Shown: piece after piece, positions 29,881 through 41,085 of the stretch
Numbering within the stretch: the stretch's first letter is position 1
Layout: each line of letters opens with the position of its first letter
NCBI GenBank assembly: GCA_965205945.1
Contig: CBDBIB010000003.1
Location: 192,001 to 256,000 of the forward strand
Direction: 5' to 3'
DNA length: 64,000 nucleotides
Origin: Bdellovibrionales bacterium
Lineage (GTDB): Bacteria > Bdellovibrionota > Bdellovibrionia > Bdellovibrionales > UBA1609
The notes under the pieces: model-generated
The model's database searches: none
What the model saw: only the letters and a program-made list of their open reading frames with translations
What the model was told of the DNA's origin: nothing
Program-made: the position numbers and the translations under genes

Positions 29881-30597
29881 TTGTTTAAAGAATCTTTTGT
29901 GCCCGATGAGCTTAGAATACCTCCTTTATGGGAACAAGAGTTTAAAAGAATTATTTCTTTTTGTAATGAGAAAGGTTTTTCATCAGGAGTTGAACTTTTA
30001 GACTTAATAGAAGTTGCTTCAAAAGCTATATTTCTTTCAAATAACAATCACTTTATATTTACACTGTCTAATAAAAAACCTATTTGTTCCGAACTTTTAG
30101 GAAGTTTACTTATGTATCTTATTTGGTTTGACACGAAAAAGACTTTTCCGAAAATAATTTCATCATCAGAGCTGTATTTTTTCTCAACACCTGATAACGA
30201 TATTACACAAATTAATTCTAACGAAAAAAATGCTTTGCCTGATTCAAAAAAATTTGATCTTTTTAATTCTGGAAGAGCTTTACAACTTAGTTTTATAGAT
30301 TTAGTGAAGCACTATTTTGAAGAGCTTTGCTCTAAATACATTGAAAACCAGAACTATCAATCCTTACAAAAGGCTCAAACTTATATGATCTTTTTTGATC
30401 CTAAGGAAATTAAATGGTATGCAAGAAGAGGTCTTTTGCGTAAAAGACTTGGTGATTTTTCAGGAGCATTATCCGACCTTAAAAGGTTTCTTTCTTTTTG
30501 CAGTTATGAAGAAACACCTATAGCTGTTAAAAATGCTCTCATTGAATTAGAAGGGCTTAATGCTACTAATAATTTTAGTGAGTACTCTATTCATTAA
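29881..30597 (+). CDS. TPR-containing protein (SirB1-like C-terminus)
   Basis: RRGLLRKRLGDFSGALSDLKRFL TPR. Confidence 0.55.
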   Translation: MFKESFVPDELRIPPLWEQEFKRIISFCNEKGFSSGVELLDLIEVASKAIFLSNNNHFIFTLSNKKPICSELLGSLLMYLIWFDTKKTFPKIISSSELYFFSTPDNDITQINSNEKNALPDSKKFDLFNSGRALQLSFIDLVKHYFEELCSKYIENQNYQSLQKAQTYMIFFDPKEIKWYARRGLLRKRLGDFSGALSDLKRFLSFCSYEETPIAVKNALIELEGLNATNNFSEYSIH

Positions 30598-30746
30598 GAG
30601 CACCACCATATAAAGAACAATTAATTTTTCTATAAAATTATTTAAAAAGCTTATTTTTTTGCATTCTAAGATGTGAGGATTTTTTTAAAAAGTTTTTTTG
30701 TCTCAGTGTTTAAGTTCTTGTTCTAAGAGTACGAAGATGAACTTTA

Positions 30747-33053
30747 TTACTTTTTCTTTTTACCTTTTTTTCCAAAGGAAAGACTTCTGGCTGAAGAGGA
30801 GGGTGAAAACATTAAGGTCGCCTTGCTTAAGGTTGTTTTATTTTTTTTAGATTTGCGATTTTTAGCATTATTTTCTCTAGTGTCTTCTTTTTTATTTTTA
30901 AATATTCGTTTTAACGTTTTTTTTCCAACAGTTTGGGTTTTAAGCTTGTCAAAAAGGGGTTTTCTAACAGTACTTTTAAAATGCTTAACTAATGAAAAAT
31001 CAATCTTGCCATCTGAAATATCAACATTTAAAACTTTAACTCTAACCTTATCCCCAACTCTAAATATTTTTCCTGTTCGTTTTCCCTTTAAGGTCCAAGT
31101 GTCTTCATCATAAATAAGATAGTCATTTAAAAGCTCTTCAAGTTTAATTAAGCCATCTAAAGGGAACTTTTTTAATGTCACAAAGGCTCCAAACTTAACT
31201 AAGGAGTTGATATAACCATCAAACTCTTTGCCAACGTGAGATTCAAAAAATCTACATTTTTTAACTGATGTGACCTTGCGTTCACATTTAACAGCACGCT
31301 GTTCAGCAGCACTTAAAGTGGCTCCCATTAAAGTAACATCTTCTTTAGAGTATGCAGTATATTTTTTATTTAGTAGGCTTTTAATTTGTCTATGGGTTAC
31401 TAAATCTGGATAACGTCTAATTGGAGATGTAAAGTGTGTATAGTGGGTAAAATTTAAACCAAAATGCCCACAATTATTAAAAGAGTATTGAGCTTGCTTC
31501 ATTGATCTTAAAATAAAGTTTTGTGCAATAGCTGAAATATTAGAATCTTTAATTTCTTTTATTTTTTCTGAGAGTTTTTGAAAATCAAAGTTCGTATTAA
31601 TCTTGTTAATGGATATATTTAAAAATGAGCCTAAGATTATATGAAGCTTTGATAAATCTTTTTTTTCTGGAGGTTCATGAATTCTATACATTTGAGGTGT
31701 TTTTTTCTGATCTAAAAACTTTGCAGAACAAATATTTGTAATTAGCATTAATTCTTCAATCAATCTATGAGAGAAAATACGTTCTTCTTTAATTAGATCC
31801 GTAGGTGCTCCCATATCATTTATTAAAACTTTTATAGAAGGGACATTAAAATCAATACTTCCTTCTTTCATTCGTTTTTTGTTTAAAATTTCAGCTAATT
31901 CTGCTGCTATTTTAATGATGTTATAAACTGTTGATGAGTGTTTATTTTGATTTCCTTCTAAAACTTCTTGGGCTTCACCATAAGTAACTCTTGCATGAGA
32001 GTTCATAACTCCTTCAAAAAAAGTATAATCTAACACCTCTCCTGCTAGATTGATGTTTATTTCACAGCAAAAACATAATCTATCTACGTTAGGTTTTAAA
32101 GAACATAGTCCATTACTGAGCTCTTCTGGGAGCATTGGGCAAACATAGTTTGCCAAATAAACACTTGCTCCTTTTTCATAAGCTTCAATATCTAAAGAAG
32201 ATCCTTTAAGAACGTAATGACTTACGTCTGCAATGGCAACTAAAAGCTTATACCCTTTAGAATTTTTAGATACACAAATAGCATCGTCAAAATCTTTTGC
32301 TGTAACACCATCAATTGTAATTAGGGGTGTACTACGCAAATCCTTACGGTTTATTTTATCACTTTCTTTAACTGAATCACCGTGGTGTCGGGCATTTTTT
32401 AAAGCTTTTTTAGAAAACTCAATGGGCACAGAGTGTTCATATAAAATTCTAATATTGTCTGTGTTTGGATCAAATTCACTGCCAATACTGCTAATGATTT
32501 CTCCTGTAAAAGTGTTTTTAAAATCCTTTTTTTTATTTGAATTTGGTTTTTCACAGGGATTTGGATATTTAGTTACTTTAACTAATACAAGCTCCCCTTC
32601 AGCGGCTTTAATTGGATTTTCGACTAAGAGTTCTTGTCCCCAATTATAAGAGCTATCTTTTAAGAAAAAGTTATTCTCTATACTATTAAAGTAAAGTCTT
32701 CCAATAAATTTTTGACAAGCTCTTTTAACAACTCTAAGTACTTTTCCTCTGCGACCAAATTTATTAATACTATTGTTTACAGTGATTTCAACAAGGTCGT
32801 TTGAAAATACTCCAAACATCTCTTCCTTTGGGATATAGACATCTTCTAGGGTCTTATCTTCGTAAACAAAGAAACCAAAGCCATCAGGGTTTCTTTTGAC
32901 TCTTCCTAAGAAAATTTGTTTAAAGGATTTTTTAGCATTTAAGGTTTTTGTTAAGGATTTTTTTTTACGATCTTTTTTTTTAAAAGAAGCTTTTTTTAAA
33001 AAACTTCGTTCCTCCTTTACTGTAACATTCCTTGTTTTTTTTTTATTACTCAT
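30747..33053 (-). CDS. rnr: ribonuclease R
   Basis: GFGF cold-shock domain, TIDG.TAKDFDDA, HFTSPIRRYPD, S1 domain, Lys-rich tail. Confidence 0.95.
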   Translation of the reverse strand: MSNKKKTRNVTVKEERSFLKKASFKKKDRKKKSLTKTLNAKKSFKQIFLGRVKRNPDGFGFFVYEDKTLEDVYIPKEEMFGVFSNDLVEITVNNSINKFGRRGKVLRVVKRACQKFIGRLYFNSIENNFFLKDSSYNWGQELLVENPIKAAEGELVLVKVTKYPNPCEKPNSNKKKDFKNTFTGEIISSIGSEFDPNTDNIRILYEHSVPIEFSKKALKNARHHGDSVKESDKINRKDLRSTPLITIDGVTAKDFDDAICVSKNSKGYKLLVAIADVSHYVLKGSSLDIEAYEKGASVYLANYVCPMLPEELSNGLCSLKPNVDRLCFCCEININLAGEVLDYTFFEGVMNSHARVTYGEAQEVLEGNQNKHSSTVYNIIKIAAELAEILNKKRMKEGSIDFNVPSIKVLINDMGAPTDLIKEERIFSHRLIEELMLITNICSAKFLDQKKTPQMYRIHEPPEKKDLSKLHIILGSFLNISINKINTNFDFQKLSEKIKEIKDSNISAIAQNFILRSMKQAQYSFNNCGHFGLNFTHYTHFTSPIRRYPDLVTHRQIKSLLNKKYTAYSKEDVTLMGATLSAAEQRAVKCERKVTSVKKCRFFESHVGKEFDGYINSLVKFGAFVTLKKFPLDGLIKLEELLNDYLIYDEDTWTLKGKRTGKIFRVGDKVRVKVLNVDISDGKIDFSLVKHFKSTVRKPLFDKLKTQTVGKKTLKRIFKNKKEDTRENNAKNRKSKKNKTTLSKATLMFSPSSSARSLSFGKKGKKKK

Positions 33054-33063
33054 TGTTTCCTTA

Positions 33064-35733
33064 TTAATTATCTAGGCTTAGACGTGATAAATGTTTTATT
33101 AAAAATTGTTTTTTTTCTTCTAATATCAAAATTTGTTTCTTGTCTTCTTTAATAAGATGTTTAGGAGCATTTTGTAAATATCTTTTGTTTAAAAGTTTTT
33201 CTGAAATTAATGTTAAGTTTATTTTAATTTTTAACATATTTTTTTTAATTCTTTTAATTTCTTCAGCTATATCAACAAGTCCTTTTAATGGAACTACAAC
33301 TTCAACTGTGCACTCTGATATTTTAAGAGGTGTGACCGCACAATTTTTTAAAGATGCAGGTTCAACAAAGCTAAGGTTTTTAATTAATGCAAGTTTCTTA
33401 ATGATGACTTTGTGAATTTGTAGTGTTTTTTCTGATTTTTTATCTCTAGGAATTAAGAAGACATCAACAGGCTGGCTCACTTTAATTTGATTCTCACCCC
33501 TAATATTTCTAACTGATGAGATACACTGTCTAATCACATCAGTATTTAAATTTGAATCTTTACAGGTACTAATCATTTTAAAGGTTTGCTTATTTGGGTA
33601 ATTCACTAGTGCTAAACTTTCGTGGTTGTTTGTTGGCAAGCTTGAATAAATTTCTTCAGTTACGAAAGGAATGAAGGGGTGGAGGAGCTTGATTATATTG
33701 TCTAAGCAAAAAGATAAGACGCTAAGAGCAGTTTCTTTTTTTTTAATATCTTCACCATAAACTCTTATTTTGGAAAATTCTAAATACCAATCACAAAAGT
33801 CATTCCAAACAAATAAATAAAGACTTTGTGTAGCTTCTGAAAACCTTAATGCTTTGATTTTTTCATTAACATCTTTTGTGGTTACTTTTAAGGCGTCTAA
33901 AATCCAGAAATCAAACGTATTAAAATCTGAGGCTATAAATTTATCTTGATTAAATTTATAGTTATTTTCTTCCACTAAGTTTAAATAAAAACGCGTTGCA
34001 TTCCAGATTTTGTTGATAAAGTTTTTATATCCTTGAAGTCTTTGTTCGGAAAACTTAATATCTTTTCCTGAGGCCATTTGAGATATTAAAGTAAACCTTA
34101 AAGAGTCGGCGCCATAATCTTTAATAAGTTTTATTGGATCAATTGAGTTTCCTAAAGATTTTGACATTTTTCTTCCTTGGGAGTCTCGGATTAAACCGTT
34201 TAAATACACTGTTTTAAATGGCACATCTTTTTGGTACTCTAAACCCTGCATGATCATTCTAGCTACCCAGAAAAAGATAATATCAGGTCCTGTAATTAAA
34301 ATATCAGTTGGATAAAATGTTTTTAATGCTTTAGTTTTTTGAGGCCATCCTAATGTACTAAAAGGCCACAGTGCTGAACTAAACCAAGTGTCTAAGACAT
34401 CGGTTTCTTGGATTAAGTTCATACTTTTACAAGAAGTACACTTTGTTGGATTAGTGTCTTTAACAGTATACTCCTTACAATCTAGACATTGCCATACCGG
34501 TATTCTGTGGCCCCACCAGATTTGTCTTGAAACACACCAATCTTGAATGTTATTCATCCAGTTAAAATATGTTTTAGTCCACTTTTCTGGATAAAACTTT
34601 GTTGTACCCGCCTTAACTGCTCTTATAGCTGGCTTTGCAAGTTCATTCATTTTAATAAACCACTGATTAGATAAGTAAGGCTGTATAACACAGCCAGATT
34701 TTTCACAATGACCCACAGACTGCTTATGAGGTGTTACTTTTTCTAACAAGTCTTTAATCTTTAAATCCTTAACAATCCTCTTTCTAGCTTCTTGAACATG
34801 AAGTCCTTGATATTTACCACAGTTTTCATTTAACGTTCCATCAGGATTTAAAAGATTTACTTGTTTAAGATTATGCTTTAACCCAACTTTATAATCGTTA
34901 AAATCATGGGCTGGAGTGATTTTTACAACACCAGTTCCGAACTTAGGATCTACATAATCATCTTTAATAATTGGAATTTGTTTTTTTGTTAAAGGAAGTG
35001 CTACAGTTTTTCCTACTAAAGCTTGATACCTTTTATCATTAGGGTGAACACAGATTGCAGTGTCTCCTAGTAGAGTTTCTGGTCTTGTTGTTGCCGCTAT
35101 TAAAAACTTATCTGTTCCTAAAACCTTATATTTTATGTGCCACATAGAGCCTTTTACATCTTTATATTCAACTTCAATATCAGAAATTGCAGTTTGAAGT
35201 TGAGTGCTCCAGTTAACAAGCTTTCTTCCTTTATAAATAAACCCTTTTTTATATAGATCTACAAAAGTTTTACGAACAGCCTTTGAAACATTATCATCTA
35301 ATGTAAAGGTCAGTCTATCCCAGTCACAGGAGTCTCCTAATTGCTTCATTTGTGAAATGATTCTGTCTTCGTATTCTTTCTTCCATTTCCAAATTTCTTT
35401 AACAAATTTTTCACGACCTAAATCTAAACGATTAAGGCCTTCTTTTTTTAGCACCTTTTCGACAACAGACTGTGTTGAAATACCTGCATGGTCTGTTCCT
35501 GGAAGCCATAATGTGTTATAACCATGCATTCTATGCCAACGCACTAAAACATCTTGAATAGTATGATTAAGAGCATGTCCTAGATGTAAAAATCCTGTAA
35601 TATTAGGAGGTGGAAGGATGATTGAAAAAGAAGGTTTTGTAGAAACATCTTGAGCTTTAAAATCACCACGATTTGCCCAAAACTTTGCTATTTTCTCTTC
35701 AACATCTTTTGAATTGTATTTACTCTCCAACAT
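33064..35733 (-). CDS. valS: valine--tRNA ligase
   Basis: PPPNITG.LHLGH, DWCVSRQIWWGH, KMSKS. Confidence 0.97.
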   Translation of the reverse strand: MLESKYNSKDVEEKIAKFWANRGDFKAQDVSTKPSFSIILPPPNITGFLHLGHALNHTIQDVLVRWHRMHGYNTLWLPGTDHAGISTQSVVEKVLKKEGLNRLDLGREKFVKEIWKWKKEYEDRIISQMKQLGDSCDWDRLTFTLDDNVSKAVRKTFVDLYKKGFIYKGRKLVNWSTQLQTAISDIEVEYKDVKGSMWHIKYKVLGTDKFLIAATTRPETLLGDTAICVHPNDKRYQALVGKTVALPLTKKQIPIIKDDYVDPKFGTGVVKITPAHDFNDYKVGLKHNLKQVNLLNPDGTLNENCGKYQGLHVQEARKRIVKDLKIKDLLEKVTPHKQSVGHCEKSGCVIQPYLSNQWFIKMNELAKPAIRAVKAGTTKFYPEKWTKTYFNWMNNIQDWCVSRQIWWGHRIPVWQCLDCKEYTVKDTNPTKCTSCKSMNLIQETDVLDTWFSSALWPFSTLGWPQKTKALKTFYPTDILITGPDIIFFWVARMIMQGLEYQKDVPFKTVYLNGLIRDSQGRKMSKSLGNSIDPIKLIKDYGADSLRFTLISQMASGKDIKFSEQRLQGYKNFINKIWNATRFYLNLVEENNYKFNQDKFIASDFNTFDFWILDALKVTTKDVNEKIKALRFSEATQSLYLFVWNDFCDWYLEFSKIRVYGEDIKKKETALSVLSFCLDNIIKLLHPFIPFVTEEIYSSLPTNNHESLALVNYPNKQTFKMISTCKDSNLNTDVIRQCISSVRNIRGENQIKVSQPVDVFLIPRDKKSEKTLQIHKVIIKKLALIKNLSFVEPASLKNCAVTPLKISECTVEVVVPLKGLVDIAEEIKRIKKNMLKIKINLTLISEKLLNKRYLQNAPKHLIKEDKKQILILEEKKQFLIKHLSRLSLDN

Positions 35734-35821
35734 ATAACCTTCATTAGGGTGAATAGGTGCTATTTATCTATTATAACTAAAAGGGAACAATAGTGCATTA
35801 AGTTACATAAAGGCAATGTAC

Positions 35822-36838
35822 TCAGCGCTCATGAGGATTTGCATAATTTTTAAGCCTTTTTGGGCCGTTATTGTTTTGGATTTTACTCTTTCTTCTATTT
35901 ATTTTTATATAAGGAAAGCTATGGCCAGAAGGTATTACATAAAATAATAGTTTTAAAGTCATAAAAACCCTAAGTCCGCGAGGGGCAGAGCTACCAAATA
36001 AGTTCTCACTAAAGCCCATCTTAATTGTTGTTAAAGGCGCTGGATTAAAACCAAACCAAACATTTGCTGCAATAAATTTAGGATTAATTGGCTGATAATA
36101 AAGACTGCCCCCATTGTACTCATCAGTTATTCTTAATCTATTTGTTGGATTATCTCCAGCTTTATCTTTGATTATTGGTGTTTGTCCTTTTAAACCAACA
36201 CTAAGTCTTGCATTCCAAAGTTTAAATTCAGGCTGTAGAATAAAAACAAAGTTTTTTGAAAGTTCTTTAAAAGGCCAATTTACTCCACCATATAACCAAA
36301 GGTAAAAGTCCTTAAAAGAGCTTACCCTTGTCCATATGCCAGCCTGAAGCCATCCTGTTCCGTCTCCAAGAGAAACATCATCTGAGCCATAGGAGTTTTC
36401 ATAAAAATTGATAAAAAACTTTAAATCACTAATTACATGAAAAGCTTGAGGGTTTGAGTTTTTTAAATTAGTTAAAGCTTGATTTATTCCAAACTGAAGA
36501 CCTTTAATATTTATGTTTCTACGAACTTCTTTTCCAAAAGTACTTTTAGACAATCCAAATAAAAAACCTGTAGAAAATGACCGTTTTAAAGACAGGCTAT
36601 TTTCTACACCTAAATAAAAATTATAAGCTTTAAAGGAGCCTAATAAGTCTCCATCGCCTTTAAAAAAATTATCTTTAGCCTGAAACCTGTCCATTTCATA
36701 TTTTACAGCAAGTCTGCCCATTTTAAAATGTGGAGGTTCCATTTGACCGTACACTCTTTCTGCAAAAGCTGGTGTTATATTAAATAAGCTTGAAATGGAG
36801 CTAAGCAGCAAAATACTATAAAGGTTATTTCTCAACAT
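35822..36838 (-). CDS. hypothetical outer-membrane beta-barrel-like protein
   Basis: Signal peptide (…TPAFA) from ATG 36838; alternating aromatic/Gly strands. Confidence 0.55.
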   Translation of the reverse strand: MLRNNLYSILLLSSISSLFNITPAFAERVYGQMEPPHFKMGRLAVKYEMDRFQAKDNFFKGDGDLLGSFKAYNFYLGVENSLSLKRSFSTGFLFGLSKSTFGKEVRRNINIKGLQFGINQALTNLKNSNPQAFHVISDLKFFINFYENSYGSDDVSLGDGTGWLQAGIWTRVSSFKDFYLWLYGGVNWPFKELSKNFVFILQPEFKLWNARLSVGLKGQTPIIKDKAGDNPTNRLRITDEYNGGSLYYQPINPKFIAANVWFGFNPAPLTTIKMGFSENLFGSSAPRGLRVFMTLKLLFYVIPSGHSFPYIKINRRKSKIQNNNGPKRLKNYANPHER

Positions 36839-36863
36839 AGATTTAAAGGGTAACAAGAAGTTC

Positions 36864-38069
36864 ATGATTAAAACAACTGCTTCTAGAAAACCTTCTTTAT
36901 TAGTTTTGTTTCTTGTTGTTCTTATTGATCTTATCGGTTTTGGCATGATACTCCCGCTCATTCCTTTTTTAGGAAAAAGCACTGGGGTGGCAGCTCCTAT
37001 GGTTGGTCTTCTTATGTCTATTTATTCGATTATGCAGTTTTTATTCTCTCCTTTTTGGGGGGGGATAAGTGATCGTTTTGGTAGAAGGCCTGTTTTGCTT
37101 TTGAGTATTTTAGGTGCTTCAGTTTCACATATAGCATTTGCTTTTACTACAAGTTACTGGGCTTTATTTTTAACTAGAATGTTTGCAGGTTTTTTCAGTG
37201 CTAATATTTCAACAGCAATGGCATCAGCTGCAGATTTATCCGATGAAAAAAATCGAACTCAAACTATGGGGCTTATTGGGGCAGCTTTTGGTTTAGGTTT
37301 TGTATTAGGGCCGTTTTTAGGTGCACAAGGTTCTGTATTTGGAAAAAGTTTTGGATTTGGTGATCAGTTCTCTTCTTTTTTGGCTGGGATTTTGTGTCTA
37401 TTAAATTTTATTTTTTGTTTTTTTGTTTTTAAAGAAACTCTTAAAGAAAAGCAAAATACTTTAAAAATAAATTTTAAAAAACTAAATCCGTTTTCAATTT
37501 TAAAAAATGTGAGCAGTACTTTAAAAAATGCTATTCTTTTATTTTTCGCAGCAACGATGGCCTTAGCTATTATTGAAATAGTTTTGTTCTACGCTGTAAA
37601 AGAGCAGTTTAATTGGGGCTATCAAAAAGCCGCTCTGGGCTTTGCTGTAGTTGGTTTAGTCATGGCTGTTACCCAGGGTGGTATTATCAGGCCTTTAAAG
37701 AAAAGACTTTCGGAAATTCAAATCATCTGTATTGGAGGTGTTTTATTCTGCCTAGGTTTACAGGGTGCGTTTTTATTCTCAAGCCTTTTTTTATTTGGAA
37801 GCTCTATTTTACTTATGAGTTTAGGCTACGCATTATTAAACCCGGCTTTAAATGGTTTTATAAGCCTTCAATCAAGTAAAAATTCTCAAGGTCAAATTTT
37901 TGGTGTTACTCATGGGTTTTCAGCCTTATCTAGAATCATAGGCCCCATATTAGGAACTTATATTCTTCAAGAGTACACTGTTAAAACTCCCTTTTTACTA
38001 TCTTCTATCCTTATAGGACTTTGTCTTACAGCTTTTTTTATCTTTATTTCAAAAAATGTTTTAAAATAA
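36864..38069 (+). CDS. MFS transporter (TetA/DHA1-like)
   Basis: DLIGFGMILP, G.ISDRFGRRPVL, GAAFGLGFVLGP. Confidence 0.92.
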   Translation: MIKTTASRKPSLLVLFLVVLIDLIGFGMILPLIPFLGKSTGVAAPMVGLLMSIYSIMQFLFSPFWGGISDRFGRRPVLLLSILGASVSHIAFAFTTSYWALFLTRMFAGFFSANISTAMASAADLSDEKNRTQTMGLIGAAFGLGFVLGPFLGAQGSVFGKSFGFGDQFSSFLAGILCLLNFIFCFFVFKETLKEKQNTLKINFKKLNPFSILKNVSSTLKNAILLFFAATMALAIIEIVLFYAVKEQFNWGYQKAALGFAVVGLVMAVTQGGIIRPLKKRLSEIQIICIGGVLFCLGLQGAFLFSSLFLFGSSILLMSLGYALLNPALNGFISLQSSKNSQGQIFGVTHGFSALSRIIGPILGTYILQEYTVKTPFLLSSILIGLCLTAFFIFISKNVLK

Positions 38070-38248
38070 GAATATATGATGATGTAAAGGAAGGGAGCTC
38101 TGGGGTTAAACTTATATGTTTAAATAGTATTTTTTTAAATGAGTTAATTAGGGTTAAAAATTGTTACCCATCTTACAGTCATTAAGAGCGCTATTATGAC
38201 TAATGTTTATAATAGGTTAGGTAAAGTTCTTTGTCATAACAAACAGAA

Positions 38249-38809
38249 CTAAAGGTCTAAGTCTGGTGCATCTTGAAGGTTTGAAACCTTAGGTTTTAAA
38301 TCTTTTAAATCCTTTTTAAGTTTTTGATCATCAATAATAGGATCTGGAATTGTTCTTTGCCCCTGTTCAAGCATTGAAATATGAGAGTTTAAAATAGCTT
38401 TTAAATTATTTTCAAATTGTAAACGAACTCTGCGAAGTTCAGAAATATCTTGATAGATACGTTTTAAAGAGTCCTTAGCGTCTCTTGTGATCATTTCAGC
38501 CTTATGGTGAGCATCACTAGTAATAAGTTTTGCCTCTTTATTTGAATCATCTTGAATTCGCGTCGACATTTTTGTTGCGTTAGCTAAAGTCTTTCGTAAA
38601 AGATCTTCTCTTTCTTGAAACTCTTGGAGTTTAACTTCAACTTGCTTAAGGTTTTTTGTCATATCTTGATAGTTTTCAAAATTTTGCTCAAGGCTTCTAA
38701 CTACTTTTCTTAAAAATACGTTGACCTCAACAGGATCAAATCCTCTAAAAACTTTTGAAAATTTCTTGGTATTGATTGAATTAATAATTTCAAAAAAGTT
38801 TGATTTCAA
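38249..38809 (-). CDS. divIVA: DivIVA-domain protein
   Basis: INTKKFSKVFRGFDPVEV..FL followed by coiled coil; TTG start after GGAGG. Confidence 0.85.
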   Translation of the reverse strand: MKSNFFEIINSINTKKFSKVFRGFDPVEVNVFLRKVVRSLEQNFENYQDMTKNLKQVEVKLQEFQEREDLLRKTLANATKMSTRIQDDSNKEAKLITSDAHHKAEMITRDAKDSLKRIYQDISELRRVRLQFENNLKAILNSHISMLEQGQRTIPDPIIDDQKLKKDLKDLKPKVSNLQDAPDLDL

Positions 38810-39133
38810 TTTAAAGCCTCCTAACTCACTGTTAATATGAGAACATATTAAAACCCTTATAGGCAACAATTTTAAAATTGATAAAACTCTTTATAGAGGC
38901 GGTGCGTCTTTGGTCTGTTCTTATTTTAATCAGATAAAGGGCTTAAAGAAGACACTGTATTTTTAGATATTAAAGAGTCTTTAGAAAAAAATATTAGACT
39001 TAAATTTTATTCATCAGGCTTTTAAAAAAGATAAAGAGAATAAGGAGTAGATTAGATGTAAGTCTAGTTTATAGGTTTTGCTTAAGTTAAGTTTTAACTA
39101 ATGAGAAAAGAAAGTAAAAAAAATTAGTTTATT

Positions 39134-40120
39134 TTATAAGCTTAACTTATTATCGATTTTATTTTGAATCGCTTGAAGCACACGTCTCGTTTTTAAACTT
39201 ATGTAAAGTTCTTCATTAACAAGAGTCTTTAATTCTAGACTAATTGTAGACATTGGCACCATATAATTAAAATTACTCCACATACTGTCCGTACTTAATG
39301 AAACCAAACTTTTACTAGCATTTGTTTTAGGGTATTTACCCGTCCATAAAACACCCACTAAACCTGAGTTTTGATCAAAAACAGGGGCTCCTGAGTCCCC
39401 ATGCTTACCATCACATCCAATTGGCAAAGACCATGAAAGTATTTTATTGGATGTTTCCTTACTCACACTGCTATCTAGATCTTTAAGATATCGGCTAGTA
39501 TCTGCTAACAACATACAATCTTTACTGTTGTCTATAAACCAATTAAAATTAAAATTTGGCATCAAGCGTTCTATTGTAATCATTTTTAAAGCCGCACCTG
39601 TTACTAAATTTTCATTTGAGAATTGAGCAGGGATCAGCTTATCAAAAGCATCGTCATGATTGGAGTTTATTTCAAAAAATAATATATCATTTTTTTTGAG
39701 TTGAAAACTCCAGCCAGAACAATAAAAATATAGATTTAAACCCTTAGGTTTAGCAATAAAACCTATCTCATCTTGACAAGAAGATAACTTATTATAGGTA
39801 TGTGCGGCTGTCATAACTAAATGTTTACCTTCAATTTTACCTATATAAGTTCCAATGCCTACCGCACCCATGCCGTGTCTATAAAGTTGAAAGATCTGTC
39901 CAGCAGTGTTGCTTCTATCTATAAGTATTTGACGATCCCAGTTTTGACCAATTTGATAAGGGTTTTTTCTTGGAGTAGAGTCTTTTTTAACAGCTTTTTC
40001 CTCTATATTTTTTAAACGGTTAATATTTTTAGTAAATACTTGGCTTTGGTATCCATTACATCCTATTAATGAGTAAAAAAAAGCTATAAAAAAGAGTGTG
40101 TTAAAGTATTTTTTATCCAT
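39134..40120 (-). CDS. trypsin-like serine protease lipoprotein
   Basis: Lipobox LIGC; TAAH, ND, GDSGAP catalytic-triad motifs. Confidence 0.85.
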   Translation of the reverse strand: MDKKYFNTLFFIAFFYSLIGCNGYQSQVFTKNINRLKNIEEKAVKKDSTPRKNPYQIGQNWDRQILIDRSNTAGQIFQLYRHGMGAVGIGTYIGKIEGKHLVMTAAHTYNKLSSCQDEIGFIAKPKGLNLYFYCSGWSFQLKKNDILFFEINSNHDDAFDKLIPAQFSNENLVTGAALKMITIERLMPNFNFNWFIDNSKDCMLLADTSRYLKDLDSSVSKETSNKILSWSLPIGCDGKHGDSGAPVFDQNSGLVGVLWTGKYPKTNASKSLVSLSTDSMWSNFNYMVPMSTISLELKTLVNEELYISLKTRRVLQAIQNKIDNKLSL

Positions 40121-40122
40121 GG

Positions 40123-41085
40123 TTAGATCGTTAATAAGTTATTAGTTTGAGTAGATTGTTTAGATTCGAATTCAGCCATACAAGCTTCTGGATTTTCATC
40201 AATCTGACATGCAAATGCTACAATCTCTAGTGTATACCAATCTTCTACACAAGTATAAGTCATGGGTATAAAAAGATCCCTATTTACTGTCCTTATGACT
40301 TTTCTTAAATAGTTTCTAATGCCCCTGCCATTGTATCTTGCTATACCTCCTGGTCTAGATCCGGGTATTATATAACCTCCTGCTATGGCAGCGTTGAATT
40401 TTAGGAAAATAGCTGATGCTAAAATATCCACATGCATTGCGGTTGCTTTTTGAAAAACTATCTTTAAATTTTTATGAGAGCGGTTCATAACATTATAAAA
40501 TAACTCTTCATTGCCAGGCCCTTCAGAGCCATCAACTATTCCATCATAACTTTCGTAACAAGATTTAACCATATTCTCCATGGCTTTTGTACTTATAGAG
40601 CTTGCAGTGTCAAGTTTTCCCTTAGGTCTACTCTTAAGTTTTAACTGTAATTTTATTGAATCGATTGCGGCACCTGTAAATTGACCACAACCTGAATCTC
40701 CACCTTTTCCAAGACGAGATTTACAATATAGTGACTCATTTCCAATAATTCCTGCAAACCATTTAAAATCATTTCCTGTGCAATCAGAAGCCCATATAAT
40801 AGCTTTTGCAATCTGTTTAGTAGTATAGTTGTCTACACCAGAATGATATTTTTTAATTGCGCTGTTAACAACAGCTACTCTTTGTTCTTTTGTGTATTGT
40901 TCATTTTCTGGTTCCGTTAAATTTGATATGAAAGTAGAACGTGTTTTTGAATTCATCTGCCATGCAGCATTATGTAATGTGGGTTTATTACATATCATTT
41001 TTGGAGAAAACTTAGCCACACTTAAAGAGGAAATCATTAATGTTATCATGCCCAATACTGTAGAAGCTATTCTTATGGTAATCAC
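40123..41085 (-). CDS. secreted lysozyme-fold/lytic transglycosylase-like protein
   Basis: GTG after AAGGAG; signal peptide; IIGNES, GCGQFT, ARYNG motifs. Confidence 0.55.
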   Translation of the reverse strand: MITIRIASTVLGMITLMISSLSVAKFSPKMICNKPTLHNAAWQMNSKTRSTFISNLTEPENEQYTKEQRVAVVNSAIKKYHSGVDNYTTKQIAKAIIWASDCTGNDFKWFAGIIGNESLYCKSRLGKGGDSGCGQFTGAAIDSIKLQLKLKSRPKGKLDTASSISTKAMENMVKSCYESYDGIVDGSEGPGNEELFYNVMNRSHKNLKIVFQKATAMHVDILASAIFLKFNAAIAGGYIIPGSRPGGIARYNGRGIRNYLRKVIRTVNRDLFIPMTYTCVEDWYTLEIVAFACQIDENPEACMAEFESKQSTQTNNLLTI

